From contig JASFQK010000044.1 in assembly GCA_050115495.1 (NCBI GenBank), positions 1-51,673 of the forward strand: a DNA stretch of 51,673 bases. The letters run 5' to 3'. The number at the start of each line of letters is the position of its first letter. Position 1 is the first letter of the stretch. Shown here one piece after another: positions 39,814-48,800 of this stretch. The stretch is from Phycisphaerae bacterium. Its GTDB lineage: Bacteria > Planctomycetota > Phycisphaerae > UBA1845 > Fen-1342. The notes under the pieces were generated by a model that searched no databases, was not told where the DNA came from, and saw only the letters and a program-made list of their open reading frames with translations. A program made the position numbers and the translations under genes.

Positions 39814-41388
39814 ATGAAGAAGCCGCTTCTGCTGTCGCTGGCCGCCGGACTGGCGGTGCTCGCGATCGACGCCCGCGCTTCCATCGATCTGGAATACCGC
39901 ACGGTCATGCTCACCGGCATGCAGGCCCCGGGCCTGCCGGCTGGCGTAACATTTGATTCACTCTGCACATACGCGACTATCAACGACGCCGGCCGGGTCG
40001 CCGTCGGTGGGAGAATCGTCGGCCCCGGCATCGACGAGACGAACGACCTCGTCCTCTGGCGGGAGACGCCCGGCGGGTTCGTGCCGATTGCCCAGACCGG
40101 TCAGGCCGCGCCGGGCGGCGTCCTGGACGATTGGTGGGGCTATCCGGTGATCAACGCCGCCGGCGACGTGGCGTTCACTGCCCACATCGAGCCGACTCCC
40201 GGCGATTCCATCTACAGCGTGTGGACGGCGAGCGACATCGGCACGACCGCGTTGGCGTACCCCGGCATGTCCTTACCGGACGTTGAGCCCGGAGCGACGT
40301 TCCGCGGGGCCTACAGCTTCCCAGCATTCAACAACGCCGGCCAGGTCGCGTTCTCCGGCGAGCTCGACAGCCCGACTGTCGGCCTGCGAGGCGCGCTCTG
40401 GCTCGGCGGCTCGGCTGGTTTGGAGCTGCTGATGTGTGAAGGGGCAGCCGTCCCTGGCGGTGAGCCCGACGATGTCTTCCAGAGGTTCAGCCCCCCGACG
40501 ATCAACGGCAGTGGCCAGGTCGCTCTCTGGGCGAGCGCCGCGGGCAACGACAGCGTCTGGCTGGCCGGCAACGGCGGTCTGCAACTCGTGGCAGCCGAAG
40601 GCCAGGCCGCGCCGGGCATGCCCGACGGCACCACGTTTCATGGCATGGGTGGCATCGGTGATCTAATCGCCATCAACGATGCGGGGAAGGTTGCGTTCGG
40701 TGCGGTCTACCAACCGCCCAGCGGCATGTTGGGGCACGGCATATGGGCCGGGCAGCCGGAAGCGTTGGCCCCCATCGCCCTCACTGGCGATGTGGCTCCG
40801 GGAGTATCCGCCGATGCGGAGTTCTTCCGTCCTCTCGAGCCCGCACTGGCGGCCAACGGCGACGTGATCTTCAGAGGCATTGCCACCGACCACGTCAGCC
40901 AGATCTCGCGCACTGGCATCTGGCGGCAGCGGGCCGACGAGATCAGTCTCGTCGCAGTTGACGATACCATCCCTCCCGGCGTCGACGACGAGGCCCTCCT
41001 GGACGCGTTCGTGCAGAAGCCTCTCGTAAATGACGCCGGCAGCGTGGCCTTCCTCGCCACGTTGACCGGTGAGAACGTCAACGAAACGAACGACCGTGGC
41101 CTGTGGGCCGAGGGACCGGACGGCCTCCTCCGTCTCGTTCTGCGCGAAGGCGACCTGTTCGAGGTTGCCCCGGGCGACTTCCGCACCGTGGAGTGGCTCG
41201 GCACGCTATTGAGCGCGCCCGAAACCGGACGCGGCATCGCCTTCAACGCCAACTACGAGCTGACGTTCGCCGCCATGTTCACCGACGGCAGCGACGGAAT
41301 CTTCGTCGCCACGGTTCCCGAACCTTCGTCCTTCGCGATGGTATTCCTCGCCGTGGCCTGTCTGCACCGCTGGCGGCGATCGCCTTGA
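39814..41388 (+). CDS. PEP-CTERM protein with tandem NxxGxVAF repeats (beta-propeller-like)
   Basis: Signal peptide MKKPLLL; repeats INDAGRVA, INAAGDVAF, FNNAGQVAF, INDAGKVAF, VNDAGSVAF; ends VPEPSSFAMVFLAVACLHRWRR. Confidence 0.9.
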   Translation: MKKPLLLSLAAGLAVLAIDARASIDLEYRTVMLTGMQAPGLPAGVTFDSLCTYATINDAGRVAVGGRIVGPGIDETNDLVLWRETPGGFVPIAQTGQAAPGGVLDDWWGYPVINAAGDVAFTAHIEPTPGDSIYSVWTASDIGTTALAYPGMSLPDVEPGATFRGAYSFPAFNNAGQVAFSGELDSPTVGLRGALWLGGSAGLELLMCEGAAVPGGEPDDVFQRFSPPTINGSGQVALWASAAGNDSVWLAGNGGLQLVAAEGQAAPGMPDGTTFHGMGGIGDLIAINDAGKVAFGAVYQPPSGMLGHGIWAGQPEALAPIALTGDVAPGVSADAEFFRPLEPALAANGDVIFRGIATDHVSQISRTGIWRQRADEISLVAVDDTIPPGVDDEALLDAFVQKPLVNDAGSVAFLATLTGENVNETNDRGLWAEGPDGLLRLVLREGDLFEVAPGDFRTVEWLGTLLSAPETGRGIAFNANYELTFAAMFTDGSDGIFVATVPEPSSFAMVFLAVACLHRWRRSP

Positions 41389-41532
41389 GCCCGCCGTCAA
41401 TCCGCCGCAGAATGCGCCTCGGTGCGACAGCCGACGCGCATAGCTAACAATTCGCGCGACGCCGGTCGCCACGTCGGCGACCGCCGTCTGCTCGCGGTCC
41501 GGCGGCCGGCACGCCACTGAGGCAACGGCAAC

Positions 41533-42204
41533 ATGCTCGAAGGCCACAACGTCAACCTGCGGCTGCTCACCGAAGCCGACATCGCCCCCCTGCTGACGGC
41601 GGCGAACACGTACGCCGAGCACGGCGAGTTCGACGCCCGCGCGTTCCTGGTCGATCCCGTGTTTCGCAAGGAGTTTGCGGATAGCGGCTGGTGGCGGGAT
41701 AACCAGGGCATGATGCTCGTCACCGACAAGCTCGACAACATGCTCGGCCACATTGTCTTCTTCGAGGGTATGCGCCACGAGGCGGGCTACGAGGTCGGCT
41801 ACACTATCTTCCGCCGCCGGGACCGCGGCCGCGGCTACATGACCGAGGCCCTGCGGATCTTTTCGGCGTACCTGTTCCAGCAGAAGCCCATCGCCCGGCT
41901 GCACGTCAAGATGCTGAAGGGCAATGTGGCGTCTCGCCGAATCGCCGAGAAGAGTGGCTATCAGCTCGAAGGCACGTTCCGCAGGTTCGGCTTCGCCAAC
42001 GGGCAGTACTACGACCACGAGGTCCTCGCCCTGCTCCGCGAGGAGTGCCCGCCGCTCGCCGAGGTCCTGGCCAACCCGCCGCCAGAAGCACAGACGCCGC
42101 CGGCCGCCCCCGACGCCGGCGCCGGCATTCCGGCGAAGCTACCGCACCAGCCTCCAGGGCTAACCTCCGCCGCCGACAACCCCGCCCCCGGCACCAACCC
42201 GTAG
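41533..42204 (+). CDS. GNAT N-acetyltransferase (RimJ/RimL-like)
   Basis: EVGY...RGRGYMTEAL, NVASRRIAEKSGY..EG; the stop codon is the TAG of the first GTAG repeat. Confidence 0.87.
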   Translation: MLEGHNVNLRLLTEADIAPLLTAANTYAEHGEFDARAFLVDPVFRKEFADSGWWRDNQGMMLVTDKLDNMLGHIVFFEGMRHEAGYEVGYTIFRRRDRGRGYMTEALRIFSAYLFQQKPIARLHVKMLKGNVASRRIAEKSGYQLEGTFRRFGFANGQYYDHEVLALLREECPPLAEVLANPPPEAQTPPAAPDAGAGIPAKLPHQPPGLTSAADNPAPGTNP

Positions 42205-42431
42205 CGTCCGACCTCCGTACCGGACGTCCTGTAGCGTCGGTCCCCCGTGGCCGACGTCGAACGCCGACAAATGCACGATTCACGACGTAGCGGCCGACCT
42301 CCGCGTCGAACGTCGAATGCCGAACGACGTACGCACCGTAGTGTGGCATGCCGAAGCTCTAAGGCGCCGGCATGTCTTCGCCTCGCATCCGGAACAACGT
42401 GCCCGCGCCTTATGGCTTGCGCATGCCACAC
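42201..42431. repeat. Composite REP cluster: three family C units plus a family B hairpin
   Basis: GTAG-initiated hairpins at 42201, 42231 and 42287; GTAGTGTGGCATG...CATGCCACAC at 42338-42431. Confidence 0.85.
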
Positions 42432-42454
42432 ATCCGCACATCTTCGCCGACCTG

Positions 42455-42820
42455 TCACGCGCCAATCCGCAACCGCACCGCCGCGACTTCGGCGGCCATG
42501 GCCAGCCGCGCTTGCAGCAGCATGCCCCATACCAGCAAGTCCACGCAGAGCAGCACGAACGTCGTCCGTCGCTCGGCCCGTCGCACCCGAACGCGCCGCC
42601 GGTGGCGCCACACCAGCGCAGCCGCCATCCCGACCGCACCGGCAATCAAGACAAACGTTTGCACGCCCATCCACCAGTCCGTCGTCGCGTCGCTCTCAAG
42701 CCAAACGAGCACGACAAACTCGGCCACGAACACGACCAGCACCGCCGCGAGCACGTACGCCAGCCACGCCCGCGACCGCTCCTGCACGTCAACACGGGCG
42801 TACGGCAAGTGCGGATCCAC
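42455..42820 (-). CDS. Hypothetical membrane protein (about 3 TM)
   Basis: Three hydrophobic stretches; starts 12 nt after the upstream stop on the same strand. Confidence 0.5.
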   Translation of the reverse strand: MDPHLPYARVDVQERSRAWLAYVLAAVLVVFVAEFVVLVWLESDATTDWWMGVQTFVLIAGAVGMAAALVWRHRRRVRVRRAERRTTFVLLCVDLLVWGMLLQARLAMAAEVAAVRLRIGA

Positions 42821-42832
42821 GGTCGATCACCA

Positions 42833-45832
42833 TCAGTCGCCGGCGAGGAGCCGGATGAACGGGAGAATATCGAAGTTGTTCACCAACCCGTCGCCGGTGA
42901 GATCGCCCAGCATGATGTCGCAGTCGGGGTACTGCTCCGCGTAGCGCTCAGGATCCAAGACGGCCAGGATGAACGCCCGGACGTCGAAGTTGTTCACCAG
43001 CCCGTCGCAATTCAAATCCCCCGGCCCCGGCGAACGGGCTTCATCGGCACCCATATCGACGATCGCCACGCCGTCTCCGTCGCCGTCCCCGACCCGGTAC
43101 TGCCCGTCGATGTCCGTCTCTCCCTCCGCCGGCACGAACCCCGGATCGCCGACGTCGATGCACGGCGAGTCAGCGGACAGGTGGAAATCGCCGTTCTCGG
43201 GATCGACAAACAGTGGATCGTCATCGATGTTCCCAACACCGGACCAGCCGCCCTCAACAGCGCTGTACGTCGCGACGGCCAGCGAGTCAGCGGTCATGTG
43301 GATCGCTTCGCGGTTGTTCTCCCAGACGATGCAGTTCGTCAGCGCAGCGCTGCTGCCCTCGCGGCAGCAGATCCCGCCGCCGTGCGCGGCCGACCAGTTG
43401 CCGCCGATCGTGCAGCCGGCCAGGGTCAGGTCGGCGCCGGCGACGCAGCAGATTCCGCCGCCATTCTCGCCGCCCGCGCTGTTCCCGGTGACCGCACAGT
43501 TGGTCAATGACGGATCGCCGCCGGAGCAGTAGAGACCGCCACCGTCGCCGTCCGTCGTGTTGTCCGCGACGATGCAGTTGATCAGCGACGGGCTGCCGCA
43601 GATGCCGCCGCCGTACAGCCCGACCGCATTGTGCGTTACGGTGCAATCGGACAGCACAACCACGCCGGTGCTGGAGCAGCCGAGGCCGCCTGTGTTGCGC
43701 GTTGCCGCGTTGTGAGAGATCGTGCAGCCGCTCAACGTCGCGTTGCCGCCGGTCACGTACACGCCGCCAGAATTGGTCGTTGCCGTGTTGTGCGTGATGG
43801 TGCAGCCGGTCAGCATCGCGTCGCTGCCGGTCACGTACACGCCTCCGACGATGGTAGCTTCGTTCTGCGAGATCGTGCAGTGGGACAGCGTCATGGAGCT
43901 GTCCCTGCAGACCATGCCGCCACCGATGCCATAATCCAGCGTCCTGTTCTGCGCAATCGTGCAATCGGCCAGCGTCAGGATGCTGTTTTCCGAGCAATAG
44001 AGGCCGCCGCCAGATCCGGCGGCGTTTCCGCAGATCGTGCAGCCGCTCAGCGTCAGATCACCGCGTCCGCAGTACACGCCCCCGCCCGTGGAGTGGCCGT
44101 TGACGTCGGCCGTGTTCTCGTTGATGGTGCAGTTGATGAAGACCGGGCTGCCGCCCGAGCAGTAGACGCCACCGCCGAGGGCGCTCGCATACGCCCTGTT
44201 AAGCCTGATGGTGCAATTGGTCAGTGTCGGCGACCCGCTGTCGCACAGCACGCCCCCACCGCTGCCCGCGTCACACAGCGAGATCACGCAGTTGTTGATG
44301 ACCGGGCTGCTCCCCTCCACGCACACGCCGCCGCCGGCGTGACCGCCGGAAACATGCCCGTTCCTGATCGTCAGCCCGGCGAGAACGCTGTCCGGACCCT
44401 CGTCGCCGCGGAAATGGAAGCCGCGGCCGGCGAACTCGCAGTCGACCACTGTCGCCGCCACCACGTCGGGATCGTCCGGATCCGTCGAGCGAACCGTGAT
44501 GGCCTTGCCGCAGCAATCCACGTCCCTGTTACCTGGCCCCGCATACACGCCCTCGGCGATGACCACCGTGTCTCCTTCGTACGGACCACAGCCATCGATC
44601 GCCGCCTGAACCGTCGCCTTGGGACCGTGCACGCCATCCCACTCCGCCGACAAACCGTCCCACGCATCGTCGCCTTCGACGGCAACGTGGAAGGTCCGCG
44701 GTCCCGCGAACGGATCGCTGCCGTGCACGTACTCCTCGAGGTTGTTTCGCGAATCGCCGTCCTCGTTGCCCAACGCGTCGGCCGCGAGCGGGTCGTCGAA
44801 GTAGCACTCCTCCCACCAATCCGGTAATTCGTCGGCGTCGGTGTCCAGCCACTCGTCGGCTCCCACATCCACGCGCCCGCCGAGCACGCGGGCCTCGCCG
44901 TCGATGTCCGTCTGTCCCGAGTACTCCCCGTTCGGATCGCCGGCGTTCAGACAGGGAGAACCCGCCTGCAGGTGACCGTCCGGCGTCACGAGCGGGTCGG
45001 CATCCGTGTTGCCCTCGCCCAACCAGCCCCCCTGGATCGCGCTGTACGTCACGATCAACCCGCCGTCACCATAGTGGGTAATGGCCTGCCCGTTGTTCGT
45101 CCAGACGATGCAGTTGCTCAGTACCGGGCTACTCTCGTCACTGAAGATGCCGATGCCCGCCTTGTTCCCCACGATCGTGCAGTTGATCAGCGTAGGTGCG
45201 CTGTAGGAACAACCGACCCCGCAGTCCCCCCAGTTCTGCGCGATCAGGCAGTTGGCGAGCGTCGGCGCGCTGTTCGAGCAGTAGACGCCGCCGGCGCCCG
45301 TGTTCCCGGTGATCGCGCAGTTGATCACGACCGCGTCGGCGAGACCACGGCAGCACACGCCGCCTCCGTACGTGCTGCTGTTGCCGGCGATGATGCAGTC
45401 CCTCAGCGTCGGGCTGCTGACCGCGCAGTGAATGCCACCTCCGTAGTATCCCCCGGGGCTCGCCGCCGTCACATATCCGTTCGTGATCGTCAGACCGGCG
45501 ACGACACTCTCCGGACCTTCATGCGCGTGGAAGTAGAACCCCCGGCCGCTGCCTTCGCAGTCGATGACTGTCGCCGCCACGACGGCGGGATCCGCGGGCT
45601 CCGTGCTGCGGACTGTGATCGCCTTGCCGCCGAAATCAAGGTCCTTGTTGCCCGTTCCCGCGTACGTTCCCGGCGAGATAACAACGTCATCGCCCGGCTG
45701 GGCGGCGTCGATGGCCGCCTGGATCGTGTCGTACCCCCCCGGCACGTGCAGTTCCTCGCCCCACGCCGCCGGCAGCATGAGCGCACCGCCGACAACCGCC
45801 GCCAGAACCCGCGTGCTCAGCAGCCTCCGCAT
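42833..45832 (-). CDS. Secreted right-handed parallel beta-helix repeat protein (2 modules) with dockerin-like C-terminus
   Basis: TIQAAID..., GGGxxC / L.NC.I..N repeats, DGELPDWWE-type acidic linker (DADELPDWWE), GDLNCDGLVNNFD / GDLTGDGLVNNFD. Confidence 0.9.
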   Translation of the reverse strand: MRRLLSTRVLAAVVGGALMLPAAWGEELHVPGGYDTIQAAIDAAQPGDDVVISPGTYAGTGNKDLDFGGKAITVRSTEPADPAVVAATVIDCEGSGRGFYFHAHEGPESVVAGLTITNGYVTAASPGGYYGGGIHCAVSSPTLRDCIIAGNSSTYGGGVCCRGLADAVVINCAITGNTGAGGVYCSNSAPTLANCLIAQNWGDCGVGCSYSAPTLINCTIVGNKAGIGIFSDESSPVLSNCIVWTNNGQAITHYGDGGLIVTYSAIQGGWLGEGNTDADPLVTPDGHLQAGSPCLNAGDPNGEYSGQTDIDGEARVLGGRVDVGADEWLDTDADELPDWWEECYFDDPLAADALGNEDGDSRNNLEEYVHGSDPFAGPRTFHVAVEGDDAWDGLSAEWDGVHGPKATVQAAIDGCGPYEGDTVVIAEGVYAGPGNRDVDCCGKAITVRSTDPDDPDVVAATVVDCEFAGRGFHFRGDEGPDSVLAGLTIRNGHVSGGHAGGGVCVEGSSPVINNCVISLCDAGSGGGVLCDSGSPTLTNCTIRLNRAYASALGGGVYCSGGSPVFINCTINENTADVNGHSTGGGVYCGRGDLTLSGCTICGNAAGSGGGLYCSENSILTLADCTIAQNRTLDYGIGGGMVCRDSSMTLSHCTISQNEATIVGGVYVTGSDAMLTGCTITHNTATTNSGGVYVTGGNATLSGCTISHNAATRNTGGLGCSSTGVVVLSDCTVTHNAVGLYGGGICGSPSLINCIVADNTTDGDGGGLYCSGGDPSLTNCAVTGNSAGGENGGGICCVAGADLTLAGCTIGGNWSAAHGGGICCREGSSAALTNCIVWENNREAIHMTADSLAVATYSAVEGGWSGVGNIDDDPLFVDPENGDFHLSADSPCIDVGDPGFVPAEGETDIDGQYRVGDGDGDGVAIVDMGADEARSPGPGDLNCDGLVNNFDVRAFILAVLDPERYAEQYPDCDIMLGDLTGDGLVNNFDILPFIRLLAGD

Positions 45833-45884
45833 GATTCTCCCCCGTGGGGGATTCCCATTCATTCCACCAGGCGCGAGCCGACCG

Positions 45885-48800
45885 TCAATCGCCAGCGAGC
45901 AGCCGGATGAACGGGCGGATATCGAAGTTGTTCACCAACCCGTCGCCCGTGAGGTCACCCAGCATCATATCACAGCCAGGGTATTGCTCCGCGTACAAAT
46001 CGGAATCCGTGACCGCCAGAATAAACGCCCGGATATCGAAGTTGTTCACCAGCCCGTCGCAGTTCAGGTCACCCGGCCCGGGCGACCGAGCTTCATCGGC
46101 ACCCATATCGACGATCGCCACACCGTCCCCGTCGCCGTCCCAGACCCGATACTGCCCGTCGATATCCGTCTCACCCTCCCCCGGCACAAACCCCGGATCC
46201 CCGGCGTCGATGCACGGCGAACCGGCGGCGAGGTGAAAATCACCATTCTCCGGATCGATGAACAGCGGGTCTTCGTCAATGTTCCCCTCACCCTCCCAAC
46301 CGCCCGCCACATCGCTGTGCGTGACATTGATCGTCGAGCCGTCGTCGTTCCAGATCGGCGCGTCGCCACTCCACAAAATGCTGTTCGCAACCGTGATGGT
46401 ACTTCTGTAGACCGACGAACTGGAACTGCATGACAGCGCAGCGCCCTGAGGGGCCACGTTGTCGCTTATCGTGCAGTTGTCCATCGACAGGTCGATCCAC
46501 CTGCTGCAGTAGACGCCACCGCCACCGGTAGTCGCAGTATTGTGCGCGATTACGCAGTTGGTCAGGATGGGATTGCAATTCTCGCACCAGTAGACACCAC
46601 CACCCGGTCCGTCCTCCGCGGTATTGTTAATGATGCGGCAGTCAGTGAGCGCCGGCGTGCTCTCACTGGAGCAGTACAGCCCTGCTCCATAGTCCGCCAC
46701 GTTTCGCGCAATCATGCAAGCGACACATGTCGGACTGCTGTTGCTGCGACAGAAGAAGGCACCGCCCGTTTGGCCGGCTGCATTCTGTATGAACTCACAA
46801 CGAATGAACGTCGGGTTGCTATCGTAGGTGCAGAACACGCCACCACCGAACTCGGTCGCCGTATTAGACTCCACTGTGCAATCGCTCAGCACCGGGCTGC
46901 TCTCGTCGCATGCCAAGCCCCCTCCACGACCCTGCTCGCGCGTGCTGTTTCCCGTGATTACGCAGCCAGCAAGCGCGACACCTCCACCACAGAAGTGGAT
47001 ACCCCCGCCATGGCGCGCGACGTTCCCCATGATTACACAATGATCAAGACTCGCGCGACTGCCGCCGAAATACACGGCCCCTCCCTCGCTGGCTGCCGCA
47101 TTGTACGCGAACGTGCACCGGGTCAGGGTCAGGTCGCTACTGGTGCAATAGACGGCTGCCCCATCGGTGAGGACAGATCCGTTCGTAATCGTCAAACCCG
47201 CGACGATGCTGTCCGGCCCTTCGCCACTGTGGAAATAGAACCCCCGGCCACTGCCCTCACAGTCAATGACTGTCCCTGCCACGACCTCCGGATCTTCCGG
47301 GGCCGTGCTGCGAACCGTGATCGCCTTACCCCGTAGCTCGATGTCTCGATTGCCGATCCCCGTATACGTACCCTCGGCAACAACGACTTCATCTCCCTCA
47401 CACGGATGGCAGTCGTCGATCCCCGCCTGGATCGTGGCCTTCGGGCCGTGTTCGCCATCCCATTGCGGCGCCAGCCCATCCCAACCGTCGTTGCCCGACG
47501 TGGCTACGTGGAAGCGTCGGGGCGCTAACAGCGGGTCCGTTCCGCGCGCATACTCCTCCAGGTCGTTGCGCCCATCACCATCCTCATTGCCCGATGGATC
47601 CGCCGCCAGCGGATCCCCGAACCAGTTCTCCTCCCACCAGTCCGGCAACCCGTCCCCATCGCTATCCAGCCACTCGTCCGCGCCCATGTCCACGCGGCCA
47701 CCAACCACGCGTGGCTCGCCGTCAATATCCGCCTCGTCACCGTGGTCTCCGTCGGGGTCGCCGGCGTCACGGCACGGTGAACCCGCCCTTAAGTGGCCGT
47801 CGCGCGTCAGCAGTGCATCAGCATCGACGTTGCCCTCGCCCGTCCATCCACCTTCCACCGCACTGAAGGTAGCCACGACAGTGGAGGCGGCGGTCGCGTA
47901 GAGCGCCTCCTGGCTGTTCCCCCACACAACGCAGTTGCGCAGCGTCAGGTCACCGTCATAGCAATAGAGCCCACCGCCGTTGCTGCCGCCTGTCGTGTTC
48001 CCGGAGATCGTACAGTTCCGCAATGACATGGCGCCACCGCGGCTGTAGACGCCTCCACCGTCGCCGCTCGCGGCGTTGTTGGCAACCGTGCAGTTAATCA
48101 GTGACACACTGACATTGCTGCCACTCACTCCGCCGGCCTTCTGTTCCGCCGCGTTGTGCGTGATTCTGCAGCCAACGAGCGAAAGCGTTCCCTCGCCCCC
48201 GCATCCAAGGCCACCGCAGTCGCCGGTCGTCGCATTGTGCGTGATCGTACAACCGACAAGCACCGCGCTGCTGTCGTACACAGACATACCGCCTGTGTAT
48301 TCCGCCCTGTTCCACGAGATCGTGCAGTCGGTTAACATGAGGCTGCTGCCAGAATAGCAGCGGACACCGCCACCACTATTGATCGCCGTATTCTCTGTGA
48401 TCGTGCAATTCGTCAGTGTCAGCTCACTAGCCTGCCTGCAGAATAGACCGCCACCGTCGCCATGCGCCGTATTCTGCTTGATACCGCAGTTCACCAGGGT
48501 AGGGCTGCTCCCGTTGGTACAATAGACTCCGCCACCGTCATCCTCGGTATACCCGTGCATAATCGTAAGCCCCGCGACAACGGCCTCGGCGCTCTCCCTC
48601 CTCCAAAACGAGAATCCGCGACCTTCGCTTTCACAATCGACGATGGTCCCGGCCACGACAGCAGGATCGTCCGGATCGACACTGCGCACGGTGATCTGTC
48701 TCCCGGCGTATTCGAGATCCCGGTTGCCTGGGCCCGTATACGTTCCCTCCGCGACAATAACCTCATCGCCCTCCGTGAGGTGACAGGCGTCTATCGCCGC

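Noticed and set aside
42201..42431. CRISPR array
   Set aside because: Units are degenerate palindromes with irregular spacing, no unique spacers of constant length, and no cas genes; REP-like instead.
42833..46290. DGR-like repeat between the 3' ends of the two beta-helix genes
   Set aside because: Both copies are coding and differ largely at third codon positions, as expected for ordinary paralogy.
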